DNA of 64,000 nucleotides from a virus (Duplodnaviria; Heunggongvirae; Uroviricota; Caudoviricetes): IMG/VR virus record IMGVR_UViG_3300033066_001079, positions 13,017 to 77,016 of that record; one strand, 5' to 3'. Shown piece by piece: positions 63,993 to 64,000 of this stretch (position 1 is its first letter; each line of letters starts with the position of its first letter). The notes under the pieces were generated by a model. It saw only the letters and a program-made list of their open reading frames with translations, ran no database searches and was not told where the DNA came from. The position numbers and the translations under genes were made by a program.

Positions 63993-64000
63993 GTTTGCGG

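Noticed and set aside
1-64000. CRISPR arrays, integrase/attachment sites, transposases
   Set aside because: No regularly spaced direct repeats were seen, and no integrase, recombinase or transposase motifs in any ORF. The only mobile element supported is the terL intein/homing endonuclease. The HNH gene is a possible free-standing homing endonuclease, but no interrupted target was seen.

Overview
This ~64 kb window reads as a contiguous piece of a large tailed dsDNA phage genome (Caudoviricetes-like), about 42-43% GC. It is densely packed with genes, almost all on the minus strand. Gene starts usually carry Shine-Dalgarno-type ribosome-binding sites (AAGGAGGT, GGAGG), so the host is an SD-using bacterium. 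Many neighbouring genes are joined by 4-nt ATGA/GTGA start-stop overlaps, which points to translational coupling. The ORF track evidently accepts TTG/GTG starts, so several listed 'M' starts are not ATG; I re-set starts where the sequence supports it.

Modules I can support from the sequence:
- Packaging and structure: a terminase large subunit interrupted in its P-loop by an intein that carries a LAGLIDADG homing endonuclease, and two very large FN3-containing tail-fibre/tailspike-like proteins with beta-helix segments.
- Nucleotide metabolism: class II (B12-type) ribonucleotide reductase, dUTPase, flavin-dependent thymidylate synthase ThyX and a DEDDh 3'-5' exonuclease.
- A coupled operon: macrodomain, HNH endonuclease, two GT42/DUF115-like (sialyltransferase/Maf-fold) paralogs and a DHH-DHHA1 (NrnA-like) phosphoesterase.
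- A sigma-70-family sigma factor.
- A lysis region: a GH24 lysozyme with a Gly/Ala-rich SAR-like N-terminus, plus membrane/lipoprotein genes.
- Auxiliary genes: peptide deformylase, a PPAT(CoaD)-like nucleotidyltransferase coupled to an HD hydrolase, an SPFH/band-7 protein, an ABC/RecF-like ATPase, a SNF2 helicase, a small glycosylation island on the plus strand (pyruvyl transferase + GT4), a 2H-phosphoesterase-like protein, a 60-aa hyper-acidic protein followed by a clean intrinsic terminator, and a Dam-type adenine methyltransferase.

Three things stand out most. First, a cluster at ~53.5-63.3 kb where nearly every gene, plus one in-frame internal start that has its own strong SD, begins with the peptide motif M-[SAT]-W-[YF]-[KN]-x-A-Q. 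It includes a small diphtheria-toxin-like 'YHGT' ADP-ribosyltransferase candidate and two tandem 720/730-aa paralogs. I interpret the motif as a shared N-terminal targeting or processing leader, for example a capsid-targeting or ejection signal. Second, at the head of that cluster sits an AAA+ ATPase gene of sharply higher GC (~58-60%) than its surroundings. It has its own terminator and a hairpin over its start codon, and it is paralogous to a native-GC AAA+ gene elsewhere in the window. Third, there is a ~700-nt ORF-free, hairpin-dense intergenic region.

No tRNA, CRISPR array or integrase could be supported by eye.
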